DNA from: Octopus sinensis
Lineage: Eukaryota
NCBI RefSeq assembly: GCF_006345805.1
Contig: NC_043010.1
Location: 12,834,001-12,898,000 of the forward strand
Reading direction: 5' to 3'
DNA length: 64,000 nucleotides
This document shows positions 13,933 to 27,643 of this stretch, in pieces. Each line of letters begins with the position of its first letter. Position 1 is the stretch's first letter. The position numbers and the translations under genes were made by a program. The notes beneath the pieces are model-generated. The model did no database searches, was not told where the DNA came from, and saw only the letters and a list, made by a program, of their open reading frames with translations.

Positions 13933-15423
13933 TTCTACAGTAGTAGGGGGCTGGATCGACCAAACTGTTATTATTATACTCTACCATATTAATCTGGTAT
14001 TTTCTCACATTCATTAATAAATGCACACACAAGTATAATACATATGTAATGGGAGAAATTTATTAGTAAACATTATTATGAAATGTCAGAGTCAGCAGTT
14101 GTGGCGATAAAAGTTTATTGTTGTTATCATTGCATACCGTACGATGTGAAAGATGAACAATGCATGAAGTTTTAAGGAAGTATTTACCGTTACGTTACAA
14201 TACCTTGGCTCGACGGGCAGGTTATGATAAATCCAAAAGCATGCGAAGTAAAGTTTGTGCTTGTGTTCTCTTCATTGTTTAGTAGTAAATACAGAGAGAG
14301 ATAGAATGATGTTGTAAGAGAACAGAATTAGAGCTAGTGAGAGTTGTAGGGTATGGGGCGTTGTCTCACAGTTGCTGACAGTAAACTTCATTTCTCCCTC
14401 TGACCAATGTTCTAGCTGGTCAGCCAGACTTCGTTGAGTCGTTACCATGTGACAGGAGTCGTCACCGACTGTGACTGATTTTTGCTTGGGGTGTGCTTGC
14501 TCTTATAACTATCCAGAAGGATAGATATATCATTGAGAACAATAGATTTAGTTGGTGGTCTTGTTATCTCTATTCTAGCTTTTGGTGAATTAGAAGAGGT
14601 TAGAAAGGGTCAAGTGGTGAAGACATTATTTCGGCCTAGCTAAAGGCATCTGGAAAATGTAAAATTGCTGTCACAGAAAAACCATTGTTCCACCGTGGGA
14701 AAAGTTCTGTTGCAGTGTTAATTTAAATTTGGTTATGGTGGATCGAATCCACTTCACGCATGCAAGATTCACTACACATAGATATAAATGCGCATGTGTA
14801 CACACCACACAGGTATATCAGAATGGCATGAAACCCTAGACCTTTGAGTCACTGATGTAGTTTCTTGACTATAAATAAAATATGTGCAATATACTATATG
14901 TGCTGGGTTATAGATCTTTGGCTGGTATAAACTATCGTGTGCATGTGTGTGTATGTATGAATCCATGTATGTATGTATGTACGCACGCGTGCACATATAA
15001 ACACAAACACATATATGAATAGCCGATGATTTACTCCGCGACTACTTGGAATTTTTCATGTATGGTATTTCAATTAACTTCGAATCGAATATATGCACTT
15101 ACTTCGGACCAGCAATTCGATGTTCGATAGTCCGAAGTGATTAGACACTATCAACTAAGTATTAAAAAAATAAAAATAAATAAACACGGCTTGCCTCACC
15201 GCTTACAACACCCAGAACATTGCATTAACAGAACTTCCCAACAAAATACAGAAGACGTGAAACATCTTGCCTTGTGTACATATTCCGTTATCATGAAGGA
15301 TCACAAAAGGTCGGGGATTTTTTCCATTTCTAGGTGTGCATTTATAAACTATTTTATGAGTGAAATGGACTTAGTAAGCTAAGCATTTTCGATGCGATTA
15401 ACCGTAAGGTTAGAAATGCTCTT

Positions 15424-15870
15424 GGATCTTTTCGGTTTGAACAGCAGTTTTTTCTAGCGGTGTCATATGAAATTGTCACCCATAATTATGACCTTAGTAT
15501 CGATCTATTGCATTTCAATCTATTTTAGGGTTAGGGTTAGAGTTAGGGTTAGTTAGGGTTAGGGTTAGGGGTGGGGGAAGGGTATCTTTTTTTCTTCAGA
15601 AATGTAAATAAATCCAATCTGTTTCTTAAATGAGGGACATATTCATACGGCACAGAATGTTTTCACCTCGATAGACGTCACTGATTGGTTGAAATTGCAG
15701 AAATTGAAGAAAAAAACAACAACAAATATCTTACAAACTATAGAATTTTCTCAATAAAGCCAAGAGAAAAAAGATGTTTTATAAACACATTCTACCAGTA
15801 TACAAAGTTTAAAAGTGTTTAGTTACGTGGAAATTATTTTTAAAAACTGCCGGTCAAACCGAAAAGATCC
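15424..15870 (-). mobile_element. GG-ended MITE (Merlin- or MULE-like) with internal TTAGGG repeats
   Basis: About 28-bp TIR GGATCTTTTCGGTTTGAAC.GCAGTTTT; 8-bp TSD ATGCTCTT at 15416-15423 and 15871-15878. Confidence 0.85.
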
Positions 15871-16205
15871 ATGCTCTTAGATTAAGTATGTCAGCACATA
15901 TTTAACTATTTGTCTTCAACGTAACAAGTGTCGCTGGATATTATGCTAAATCATTCTTTGACACAACCAAGTAAAATTTCTGATTTGATCTCTTATCCCT
16001 CAGAATGCATCTGATGATCATTTCATTGATACTGAAGAGTAGTTTTAGATATTATACCACTTTTTTTTACTAAGACTCGAACTCAACCAATCTAGTTGAA
16101 GTCGCCCCAATTTCTTCCTGCTGAAGCGGTGTAGCATGAGTTATGAGGAATGTGCGGACCACAAAGGCCGTCCGTTTTATACAATATATATGCTATAGTC
16201 GAAGT

Positions 16206-16486
16206 GGAGGCACATGGCCAAGCAGTTAGAGCAGCGGACTCGCATTCGTGGGATCGCGGGTTCGAATCTCAGACCGGGCGATATGTGTGTTTATGACCGA
16301 AACACCTAAGCTCCACGCGGCTCCAGCAGAAGGTAACTTCATCACAACTTTCTCTCACTCTTTCCTCCTGCATCTTTAGGTCACCTGCGACGGACCGGCG
16401 TCCCATCCAGGTGGGTAACCTATACGCCAAGGAAACCGGGAAACCGGCCCTTATGAGCCAGGCATAGCTCGAGAAGGAACAAACAA
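16206..16486 (+). mobile_element. SINE type C2 (tRNA head, tail Y)
   Basis: GGAGGCACATGGCC head; 14-bp flanking duplication ATGCTATAGTCGAA; second copy at 29589-29892. Confidence 0.85.
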
Positions 16487-16600
16487 TGCTATAGTCGAAA
16501 GTATGTTACATTCAAGGAAGGTGGCCGTAAAGGGCGGCCCCAGCCCTCACTACGCCACAGGCCTCCCCCCCTTTAGATTCTTTTTCTTTTTTTATCGTTT

Positions 16601-17155
16601 ATCTTTTACATGTTTCAGTCATTGGACTGTGGCCATGCTGGGGCACCACCTTGAAGGCTTTAGTCGAACAAATAGACTCCGATACATTTTTAAACTCTGG
16701 TACTTATTCTATCGGTTTCTTAAATCAAAACGCTTAGTTACGGATGCGTAAACAAACCAACACCGGTTGCCAGGTGATGAAGGGGTTCAAACACAAGGTC
16801 ACACATATACATGCATGCACACACATTCATACATACATACATACATACAAAATACATACATACATACATACATACAAATATTCACATAATACAGATATAC
16901 TAACATACACACACATACATACTTAATACAAACATGCATACATACATACATACATACATACAAACACGCATACACACACACACACTCGATGGTGCTCCAC
17001 GCAGTTTCCGTCTACTAATTTCACTTACAAGTCGTCAGTCGGCCCGGGGCTATAGTAGAAGACACTTGTCCAAGGTGCCAAGAAGTGGGACTGAACCCGA
17101 CCGAAACCACACAGTTGCAAAGCGAGCTTATTAATTACACGGCCATGCCTGCACC
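16601..17155 (-). mobile_element. Degenerate SINE type A
   Basis: Tail, CORE-like and head motifs recognisable around an internal (TACA)n. Confidence 0.7.
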
Positions 17156-17945
17156 TTCTGTTCTTGTTATGAATATTGGCGGGCAAAACCAACGGCAACG
17201 CGAAATGGAAGACGAAAATACTTGTAAGCTGTTACCAAAAGATAAAACTATACATGACTATTATGAAAAGCGAAGTGGAGATGTGCCAACAGACGACCAG
17301 TTATTATAATTGTAATTGTTCGAAGCAAGAACAGAGACCAGTTACTGCTCTAAGACATGAAGAGGATTTAAAAGATTGGTTAATGTTCGTTCAATAATTA
17401 ATGAGAGTTTTGAAAATACTGTCTTTGCTGCTACTGCTGCTGAATATGGTTTTCTTTGAAGTACTTACATGAAAAACAGGCGTGCATTTCTTGGTTGAAA
17501 GTTCTGCACAGATCAGCGTTATAATATTTCCCTTTTATTTTACACAAACCACGTGTTTCTGTGTAGTTGCCTAGTCTTAGGAATTTTGCGAAATTTGAAG
17601 AAATGAAAAGAAACCACTTTATTTCAATTTTTTAGTTTTCGTTTTATTCTATTTTATTTTGCTTTATCGGTTTTAATTTAAAAATTGCAACTTATAATTA
17701 ATTCCTTCCACTTTAGAATTATTCCTTTTAAAGTTGCCGAATATAACAACGGCAAGTGAACACATATGAGCGGCGAGGGGAGGAGGTACAGTAAAAGCTT
17801 AGTAACTCCTCCTTTCTTTTGTATTAAAGTATTTATTATTTTATTCTCTCTCTCTCTTTCTTTCTCTCTCTCTCTCTCTTTCTCTCCTCCTACTTTTGCA
17901 GTCGTTGCTACTACTAGAATTGCAATTATTACTAAGGCGGAGAAA

Positions 17946-18140
17946 GGCGGCAAGCTGGCAGAAATGTTAGCAAGCCGAACGAAATGCTTAGCGGCATTTA
18001 GTCCGCCTCTAAGTTCTGGATTCAAATTCCACAGAGGTTGACCTTGCTTTCAATCATTACAAGATCGATAAAAAAAAAGTACCATCTGTGCACTGGGTTC
18101 GATGTAATCACCAAAACCTCCTCCCACAAAGGATTTCAGG
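17946..18140 (+). mobile_element. Older SINE B-like copy
   Basis: GGCGGCAAGCTGGCAGAAATGTTAGC head. Confidence 0.7.
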
Positions 18141-18173
18141 ATTATTACTAAGACTGTGTGATGGTAGAATTGT

Positions 18174-18485
18174 GGATGCGCAATGGCCCAGTGGTTAGGG
18201 CAGCGGACTCGCGGTCGAAGGATTGCGGTTTCGATTCCCAGACCAGGCGTGGCGTGGTGTGAGTTTATTGAGCGAAAACACTTAAAGCTCCACGAGGCTC
18301 CGGCAGGGGGTGGTGGCGACCCCTGTTGTACTTTTTCGCCCAAACTTTCACTCTTTCTTCCTGTTTCTTGAGTAACGCTGCGATGGACTGGCGTCTCGTC
18401 CAGCTAGGGGGAACACATACGCCACAGAAACCGGGGAAACCGACCCCATGAGGCTGGCTAGGCTTGAAAAGGGCGGAATAAAAAA
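18174..18485 (+). mobile_element. SINE with a type C head and a tail Y variant
   Basis: Head resembles 25804; tail GCGATGGACTGGCGTCTCGTCCAG...GAAACCGGGGAAACCG resembles 16206. Confidence 0.8.
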
Positions 18486-20189
18486 AAAAAGAGGAGCTGG
18501 TAGAATCACTAGTGCGCCAGACAAAATGCTTAGTAGGATTTTTTTTTCTGGCTTTACAATCTGAGTTCAAATACCGCCGGCGTCAATTTTGCCTTTCACA
18601 TTTGGACGTTCGTAAAATAAACACCCGTTGAACACTGGATATCCGTGGAGGTGAAAGGGACAAACACAAACACACAAATATGTATATGTGTGTGTGTGTG
18701 TGTGTGGTCGGAACTGAAAAATTCAATGACTCACAAGGACCAGTGATTTCATTCCGGTGATAATCCTTGGACTAATCAAGTAAATTTTCTGGCTATAAAA
18801 TTGCTGTCATTTCGCACCTTTAGACCACGATAGATTATTTCAGACCCTGGTCTTGTTGTTGTTTTGTGTGTGGAGGGGGGGGGGGGATGAGGGTTCTTTT
18901 GCAAAAGAGATTCGTTTAATTACAAAATCTCTCTCCCGCCTACCATCCCCATCTGACACCGTGTGGTTTCCATTTGTTTTTGCACATTTCTACTAGTTCT
19001 CCAAAATGATTAGCAATGACCTAACCCCAGTAAAACGGTCTTTGCGCTCTTCTCTCTCTCTCTCTCTCTGTCTCCCTCTCTTTCTCTCTCTGTCTCTCTC
19101 TCTCTCTTTATCTAGCCCTCTGAAAAACCTCAACACACGCATACCGTGCTATCATTCCGAGTGTTCGCAATAATATATTCGGTCGTTTCTTGGCACAAAT
19201 ATTATTTCCCAACGCCAATGTTTCGCTTATCGGTTAAAACCCATTTCGCTTCCTTTTTTGGTGTTAATGTCATTGTGAAAGACAAAAATGTTCCAATTTC
19301 CCATTTCTTTTCTCATAAAAATCTTGGAAATTCTTTTTTTATCTCCTTCTTCGTCGTCGTCGACGTCGGCGGCGTCGTCTTCTTCTTATCTATTAATAAA
19401 CCTTATCTACCTCCCTCTCATTCATATTGCTCTAAACCAATATTATAAATTTAATCCATTTTAACTGGCATATCAGAGAAATCTCGCCAACAAGACAAGT
19501 TATCGTTTGTGCCTATAACCACTTATTTTGTTTCAGTGAACACATTGCTAAGAAACGAATATCATGTGATTAAAAAAATAAAAATAAAAGAAACATGAAG
19601 AAGAAAAAAAAAGGAATCAATGCCAGAAATATTACAATCTTTAGTTGCTAAAATGCTGCTTGAAAAATATCAACACAGGCAGCGTCAAATAGATAGAAGC
19701 GTTTTCTAAGCGAAGAAATGATAAGCATAGTCATAATGTAACTTTAAGAATCGGTGGTGGTTTGGCAGACTTGGTGTAGTGACGGACAAAACACCTCACG
19801 CTATTTAGTTGTTGTAGTTTTATGTTCTGAGTTCAAATCGACTTTGCGTTTCATTTTTTCCGGAGTCAATAAAATAAGCTTCAGATACAACTTTACAAAA
19901 GCTCGTGTAACCTAGTAACTCAACACATATGGATAGTGTGGGTTAGCGACCCATCATCCTCAACTGCACATGCATTTCTCTTGATCAGGACAACCATAGC
20001 ACGTGCACTCTTACAACTCTCAGAAAACAATTAGTATATTCTAGTATTATATAGCATTAATGTATTATATCTCAGCCTCACTTCTATACATACTTGCATA
20101 TTAATAATTGTTAGGGACACCGTATTTCGTCATACAACCATAATATACTAAAGACTTATTACTCAATACTGTTTTCTATCTGTGGATGG

Positions 20190-20318
20190 TTAATGGGTTG
20201 AATATGGTACTGATGAAGGGGCAATAATTCCTGAAATATGCATATACACCTATTAATGGGTTGGATATGGTACTGATGAAGGGGCAATAATTCCCGAAAT
20301 ATGCATATACACCTATTA
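20190..20318 (+). ncRNA. Tandem dimer (2 x 63 bp) of type I hammerhead-ribozyme-like motifs
   Basis: Each unit has CTGATGA, a stem II (AGGG/TCCT in unit 1; GGGG/TCCC in unit 2), GAAA, a palindromic stem III ATATGCATAT, a predicted AUA cleavage triplet, and a stem I AATA(T)GGT/ACCTATT. Confidence 0.65.
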
Positions 20319-20607
20319 CCTATTTTTCTATCGCACAGTTTACATAGACGTATTCGTATACGAAATGTTATAACTTATAATGCTGGCTCTAGTTTCTATA
20401 GAAAATTTATATAGATGACTTTTAAATTACTTGCATATATACACAAACACATACATACACGTATTAAAACTTTGACAAGAAAGGGAGCGACAGTGACTTC
20501 GAAGTTTCGTCCTGTAAGCCTTCGTAAGACTATCTGTAAGTTACTGTCATTCCTCTTCATGTAAAAATTTGATAAACCTGTACTCTGCAAAAAAAAAAAT
20601 TATGATA

Positions 20608-21011
20608 GGCGCAGGAGTGGCTGTGTGGTAAGTAGCTTGCTTACCAACCACATGGTTCCGGGTTCAGTCCCACTGCGTGGCACCTTGGGCAAGTGTCTTC
20701 TACTATAGCCTCAGGCCGACCAAAGCCTTGTGAGTGGATTTGGTAGACGGAAACTGAAAGAAACCCGTCGTATATATGTATATATATTTGTATGTATATA
20801 TTTGTGTGTATATGTTTGTCCCCGCAACATCGCTCGACAACCGATGCTGGTGTGTTCACGTCCCCCGTAACTTAGCAGTTCGGCAAAAGAGACCGATAGA
20901 ATAAGTACTAGGCTTACAAAGAATAAGTCCTGGGGTCAATTTGCTCGACTAAATGCGGTGCTCCAGCATGGCCACTGTCAAATGACTGAAACAAGTAAAA
21001 GAGTAAAAGAG
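20608..21011 (+). mobile_element. SINE type A
   Basis: Matches the type A consensus. Confidence 0.9.
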
Positions 21012-21193
21012 AATCCTTCAGTTTAAAATTGGTTTCAAATTTTGGTACAAGCAGTTGAAGGGGAGAGTGCAAGTCGACTTATTTTATTTTATCGACCCCT
21101 AAAAGGCAAAGTCGAACACGGCAGAATTTGAGCTCCGAACATAAAGTCAGATGAAATGCTGCCAAGCATAATTCTCCGGCACCGTAACTATTC

Positions 21194-21424
21194 TATTTCT
21201 TTATTACCCACAAGGGGCTAAACACAGAGGGGACAAACAAGGACAGACAAATGGATTAAGTCGATTACATCGACCCCAGTGCGTGACTGGTACTTAATTT
21301 ATCGACCCCGAAAGGATGAAAGGCAAAGTCGACCTCGGCGGAATTTGAACCCAGAACGTAACGGCAGACGAAATACGGCTACGCATTTCGCCCGGCACGC
21401 TAACGGTTCTGCCAGCTCGCTGCC
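21194..21424 (-). mobile_element. SINE type B
   Basis: Matches the type B consensus. Confidence 0.85.
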
Positions 21425-21438
21425 TTCCTTCACTTTAA

Positions 21439-21471
<33 letters not shown>

Positions 21472-21815
21472 TCGACACTAGAACGTTGTAAGGCAATGTA
21501 CACTTTGGTTAGATTTGAACTCAGATGTAATGACCGTAAATAAATACCATTTCTTTTTCTTCTTTTTTTTGTTTTTTTTTTTGGTACTCAAACGATTTTT
21601 TCCAATCTACCTACCACTCTGTATTCGAAATACTTTTTAACTTCAGCTTTTCATCTCTTCGAATATTTGATTTTCTCATTTTTATGTGAATAGAAAAAAA
21701 AAATGCGAAGAAGGAGAAAGAACGATAATTTTTCTTCATTGTGGTTTATTTATACTTTCTTCGTTCTAATGAAACAAGAACAAAATCTGTGTCTTTTGTG
21801 TTAGAAGTAAAACTA

Positions 21816-22043
<228 letters not shown>

Positions 22044-23087
22044 TAATTTAGATATGAATAAGATGCAATATATTCCAGTTTAAATGTAAGAAACGTGCAG
22101 TTGTTTTTCAGCTAACCTTCAAGAGTCGATTTTATTTGGTAGAAAGAAGTTCGTGAGGTTTTTTGGCTTGCTTTTTTTAAATTTTTTTATTTTATTTCTG
22201 TTTTCATTTATTTGTTTATTATTGTACATGTTTCCCCTCTGCTGGCAGCTATCCAAAATGGCTATCATAGGTTGAGCTGTATAATCTACGCTATATTACG
22301 TATGTGAGACCCTAGCGTACTTCTTTAAATAGTTTTGGCCAATAAAATATGACAAGAGAAAGCAGTTCGTCCGTCACCAGATAAAGATAAAAATGAAAAA
22401 AAAATGGCGTTTGTTAAATCGTACAAAGCAATCTAGCGACGAGAATTTGTTTTGCCAACGAAGTGTATACTTGAAGAGGTTAAAACCGTGAGATAGCAAT
22501 ATCTTTACAAAAGATTTTATGCATCTCAATACAATTTCATTCTTTATTTTCTATCTAGTTTAATCCAACTTTTTCCCCTCCTTAACACTTCTGTCACGTA
22601 ATTGCCATAACATAAACGTAGCTAACATCTCATTCTCAGATTTTAACTTGCATACATATATAATCTCCAGTAATTTCCTTTGTAAAATATTGATTTAATT
22701 TAGAATAGTCACGAGGACACTATATGCCTCAGTTTTAAATGAGATTGTGTGAGTTGCACGAGTTCAAGTTAATGCTTGACTGAATTAGCAAAACGAACTC
22801 AAAATCTCCGAAAAATGGGAGAGCCTGTCAGAAATACAGTTTTCAGGAAATTTTTCCCTTTGAGCTAAATCTTCTCTTTTGAGTGTTCCACTTTCTTATG
22901 AATAATTATTCAAATTTTTTTAAGGCAATAACGACCACAAGGTCTCAAAGGGAGGAAGATATGAAATTGTGTCTGGTGTAACTAAATGTGGAACTACTTG
23001 GATCTCCGTCGGTTTTGACGATGAGTATTCAGTAATGCCTTTGAATTAACCAGTGTGTTAGTATTCAACAAAGATTCCTTTATTTTA

Positions 23088-23449
23088 TTCTTTTATTTGT
23101 TTCAGTCATTTGACTGTAGCCATGCTGGAGCACCGCCTTTAGTCGAGCAAATCGACCCCAGGACTTATTCTTTTGTAAGCCCAGTACTTATTCTATCAGT
23201 GTCTTTTGCCGAACCGCTAGGTAACGGGGACGTAAGCACACCAGCATCGGTTGTCAAGCGATGTTGGGGGGATAAACACAGACACACAAACTATACATAT
23301 ATATACATATATATATATACGATGGGCTTCTTTCAGTTTCCGTCTACCAAATCCACTCACAAGGCTTTGATTGGCCCGAGGCTATTGTAGAAGACACTTG
23401 CCCAAAGTGCCACGCAGTGGGACTGAACCCGGAGCCATGTGGTTGGTTA
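23088..23449 (-). mobile_element. SINE type A with a truncated head
   Basis: Matches the type A consensus. Confidence 0.85.
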
Positions 23450-23728
23450 GAAACCTCGAGCAGAAGTTGCGTGTCAAATTGTGTGACAAGGCCAGATCTT
23501 TGAATTATAAATACAATCCATCTGACAAGGTTCCGCAGTTTCCAGTTTCACTCACAAACGTTGGATCGATCCGAGACGCAGAGGGAATGAACGCCTGACC
23601 TCATAAATGCAATGCGAACTTCTTAACCACTCGGCCACATTGTGTCTGGTGTAAGCTATAAATGATATACTAATGGGACCCGCGAATATTTCACGGAATT
23701 AATGGTAAACTTATTGGGTTATTTCTCT

Positions 23729-23966
23729 CTCTTTACTCTTTTACTCTTTTACTTGTTTCAGTCATTTGACTGCGGCCATGCTGGAGCACCGCCTTTAGTC
23801 GAGCAAATCGACCCCGGGACCCATTCTTTGTAAGCCCAGTACTTATTCTATTGGCTTCTTTTGCCGAACCGCTAAGTGACGGGGACGTAAACACACCAGT
23901 ATCGGTTGTCAAGCAATGCTAGGGGGACAAACACAGACACACAAACATACACACACACACACACAC

Positions 23967-24020
<54 letters not shown>

Positions 24021-24213
24021 ATATATTATATATATATATATACATATATACGACAGGCTTCTTACAGTTTCCGTCTACCAAATCCACTCACAAGGCATTG
24101 GTCGGCCCGGGGCTATAGCAGAAGACACTTGCCCAAGATGCCACGCAGTGGGACTGAACCCGGAACCATGTGGTTGGTTAGCAAGCTACTTACCACACAG
24201 CCACTCCTGCGCC
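23729..24213 (-). mobile_element. SINE type A
   Basis: Matches the type A consensus. Confidence 0.9.
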
Positions 24214-24845
24214 TATGCCACTCCTGCAAACTTTATTCAACAAACCTGAAAGCGTAGCTTGTGTCTATATCAAAAGATAATCGCTCATCTGCTACTCATT
24301 AAAAAGTGAAGGAAATTGGAATACAATGATTACTTAATGCACTTTATATATACACTTTATATACTTTGTGTACAATTTAATAGACTTTATACACAACACT
24401 CTCACTCTTCGCCTTACCCTTTTTCCCTCTCCTTTTTCTTTCGCTCTTCGCTTTTCTTTTCAACTAATCACGTGAAAGCGTTACAGACGGGCTAAGTAAT
24501 GAAGTAACACGCAGAATTATTAAAGATCTTTTAGGAAAAAGAATTAAATTAATTCGTTTTTGAATGAGCAATGGTTAATATTTATGAAGTAGAATATAGT
24601 AGCAGAATTAATTTATTAACACAAAGCGTTGGAAGCTCGATTACAACACTATTCGAACTCAGATGCAAGAATGACGAGCGAACTGCTACGAAATTTTAAT
24701 ACCACCACCATAACTACTGTATTTCTTCAAAAAGAATAGCGGTTTCTTTTGAGTACAGTAATCCCTCGATTATCGCGGGTGTTACGTTCCCAAACAACCC
24801 GCGATAGGTGAAAATCGACGAAGTAGAAACAGTACTGTACTGTAT

Positions 24846-25054
24846 ACTCTTTACTCTTTTACTTGTTTCAGTCATTTGACTGCGGTCATGCTGGAGCACC
24901 GCCTTTAATCGAGCAACTCGACCCCGGGACTTATTCTTTGTAAGCCCAGTACTTATTCTATCAGTCTCTCTTGCCGAACCGCTAAGTGACGGGGACATAA
25001 ACACACCAGCATTGGTTGTCAGGCAATGCTAGGGGGACAAACACAGACACACAA

Positions 25055-25115
<61 letters not shown>

Positions 25116-25278
25116 CGACAGGCTTCTTTCAGCTTCCGTCTACCAAATCCACTCACAAGGCTTTGGTCGGCCCGAGGCTATAGTAGAAGACACTTGCCCA
25201 AGATGCCACGCAGTGGGACTGAACCCGGAACCATGTGGTTGGTAAGCAAGCTACTTACCACACAGCCACTCCTGCGCC
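24846..25278 (-). mobile_element. SINE type A
   Basis: Matches the type A consensus. Confidence 0.9.
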
Positions 25279-25486
25279 TTTTATTTATTTTATTATTTTT
25301 TATAATTTGTATATATTTATTTTATTATTTTTATATATTTAAGCTTTTATAAATCTCCCCACGCTCTTAGGAGTATTGGGGTACTCGTGTCTTCTCTTTT
25401 TTACCTCCTGAGTGTTCCATACAGTATGTGCGATATTTTGTTTACTCATCTACGATACACTACGTATTTTCTTTTAATATATTTTG

Positions 25487-25584
25487 ATTAATGTGTTACA
25501 CGGTGCTATTAATTAATGTGTTACACGGTGCTATTAATTAATGTGTTACACGGTGCTATTAATTAATGTGTTACACGGTGCTAT
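25487..25584. repeat. Minisatellite, 25-bp unit ATTAATGTGTTACACGGTGCTATTA, about 3.9 copies
   Basis: Perfect head-to-tail units with no spacers. Confidence 0.95.
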
Positions 25585-25803
25585 ACTGTATTTTTATTTA
25601 TTGATTCATTAATTTTTAGGCATGAAAATGCTTATTTTACTACAGAAATATTTAGAATCTAAAAAATATAAATACCAATTGGCCGCAGAAACCCGCGGTA
25701 TGCTGAGGAGTGCGCGATATGAATTTACATATATTAGCCAGAAAACATCCACAAGGTACTGGGGGTGCAATATGTGAACCGCGATATGGTGAGTGATTAC
25801 TGT

Positions 25804-26177
25804 GGAGGCGCAATGGCCCAGTGGTTAGGGCAGCGAACTCGCGGTTTCGATTCCCAGACCGGGCGTTGTGAGTGTTTATTGAGCGAAAACACCTAAAAGC
25901 TCCACGGGGCTCCGGCAGGGGATGGTGGTGATCCCTGCTGTACTCTTTCACCACAACTTTCTCTCACTCTTACTTCCTGTTTCTGTTGTACCTGTATTTC
26001 AAGGGGCCAGCCTTGTCACTCTCTGTGTCACGCTGAATATCCCCGAGAACTACGTTAAGGGTACACGTGTCTGTGGAGTGCTCAGCCACTTACACGTTAA
26101 TTTCACGAGCAGGCTGTTCCATTGATCGGATCAACCGGAACTCTCATCATCGTAACCGACGGAGTGCTTCTGCATCC
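25804..26177 (+). mobile_element. SINE type C (tRNA head, tail X)
   Basis: GGAGGCGCAATGGCCCAGTGGTTAGGG head; 13-bp TSD GAGTGATTACTGT at 25791-25803 and 26178-26190. Confidence 0.9.
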
Positions 26178-26442
26178 GAGTGATTACTGTACATATGTAA
26201 ATTATATACTACATACGTACGTATGTATGTCATTATTCAGTTTTTCAAAATTTCTTGTCACTAGAGAAAGAGCCGATTTCTAACCTACATCTAAGGCTTC
26301 TTCATTGGAATTTCAACAACATCAACTGGGGTATTTTTGCATGTATGTGTATATATGTGCATTATTTGCAGTCAGTGCATGTGCAAAATTGTACGATTTG
26401 TTTTATGTGTGTTTTCTCATGCATATAGTTGTATGTCTAGAT

Positions 26443-26661
26443 CAGTGGTTTTCAACCAGGGTTCCGCGGAACCTTAGGGTTCTGCCAGTACAGTCCAGGG
26501 GTTCCGCAAGAAGTTACAAAAATGCTAAAATCGACAGTAATTTTTAATTCTCCTGTGCAGATATGTGTGCATAAGACAATTGAATTATTGCACAGGGGTT
26601 CCTCGAGCCAGTGGAACGTTTCCTTGGGGTTCCGCTTTAGCAAAATGTTTGAAAAGCACTG
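26443..26661 (-). mobile_element. hAT (Charlie-like) MITE
   Basis: Inverted copy of 6136-6354; 8-bp TSD GTCTAGAT. Confidence 0.9.
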
Positions 26662-27258
26662 GTCTAGATATTCTCATGCATACTTAAATGAGAAACTTCT
26701 GGTAAGTTTTACATATTTTTACTGCTACGTATGCATATGCGTGTATGTATATGTATATGAGTGTGTATGTGTAGAGGGAGAGAGAGAGAGAGAGAGAAAG
26801 AGACTGAAGTACTCGTAAGCTTATACTATCCCATTAAAACAGTATTACAAAAACCTTAGAGTGCCTTTAGTAAGTTAGAAGATGTATACTAAAGGGAGAT
26901 GAAAGAGTTTAAATCGGTTTATCAGAAACGGACTTAAAGAAAAGAGAAATGTGAGTCGTGACATTTGAAGGGTTACTAAAGTAAAAGCGCTTGCCATGGT
27001 GGTGAGAATGGGTCCCGATCATAATGCAATGAGTTCTGTTCCTGAACCGGGCAGTGTGTTGTGTCCACGAGTAAAGTAATTCCCTTTTAGGTTGTTCTAG
27101 TTTACTTAGTTATCTCGAGTACCAGCTAGGTTCTGGTGCATCCCTCCTTCCCTCCAGCTCTCATATCCATGATATATCCCTGTACCAAGAATGGCGGGAA
27201 TGAAAGAGTACCTGTGCCTGCTCACTACGTATATCCCTACTAGGTAGGAACCTAAAGT

Positions 27259-27643
27259 GGAGGCGCAATGGCCCAGTGGTTAGGGCAGCGGACTCGCGGT
27301 CATAGGATCGCTGTTTCGATTTCCAGACCGGGCGTTGTGAGTGTTTATAGAGCGAAAACACCTAAAAGCTCCACGAGGCTCCGGCAGGGGATGGTGGTGA
27401 TCCCTGCTGTACTCTTTCACCACAACTTTCTCTCACTCTTACTTCCTGTTTCTGTTGTACCTGTATTTCAAGGGGCCGGCCTTGTCACTCTCTGTGTCAC
27501 GCTGTATATCCCCGAGAACTACGTTGAGGGTGCACGTGTCTGTGGAGTGCTCAGCCACTTACACGTTAATTTCACGAGCAGACTGTTCCGTTGATTCGGA
27601 TCAACCGGAACCCTCATCGTCGTAACCGACGGAGTGCTTCCAT
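27259..27643 (+). mobile_element. SINE type C
   Basis: Near-identical to 25804-26177; GAACCTAAA is repeated at both flanks. Confidence 0.9.

Noticed and set aside
15525-15580. TTAGGG runs as a telomere or fusion site
   Set aside because: They are short and lie at the same internal position in every GG-MITE copy.
20500-20540. Minus-strand CTTACGA...GAAACTTC as a hammerhead
   Set aside because: The core and all stems are too degenerate.
25487-25584. 25-bp direct repeats resembling a CRISPR array
   Set aside because: Units are contiguous with no spacers, there are no cas genes, and the context is eukaryotic; this is a plain minisatellite.
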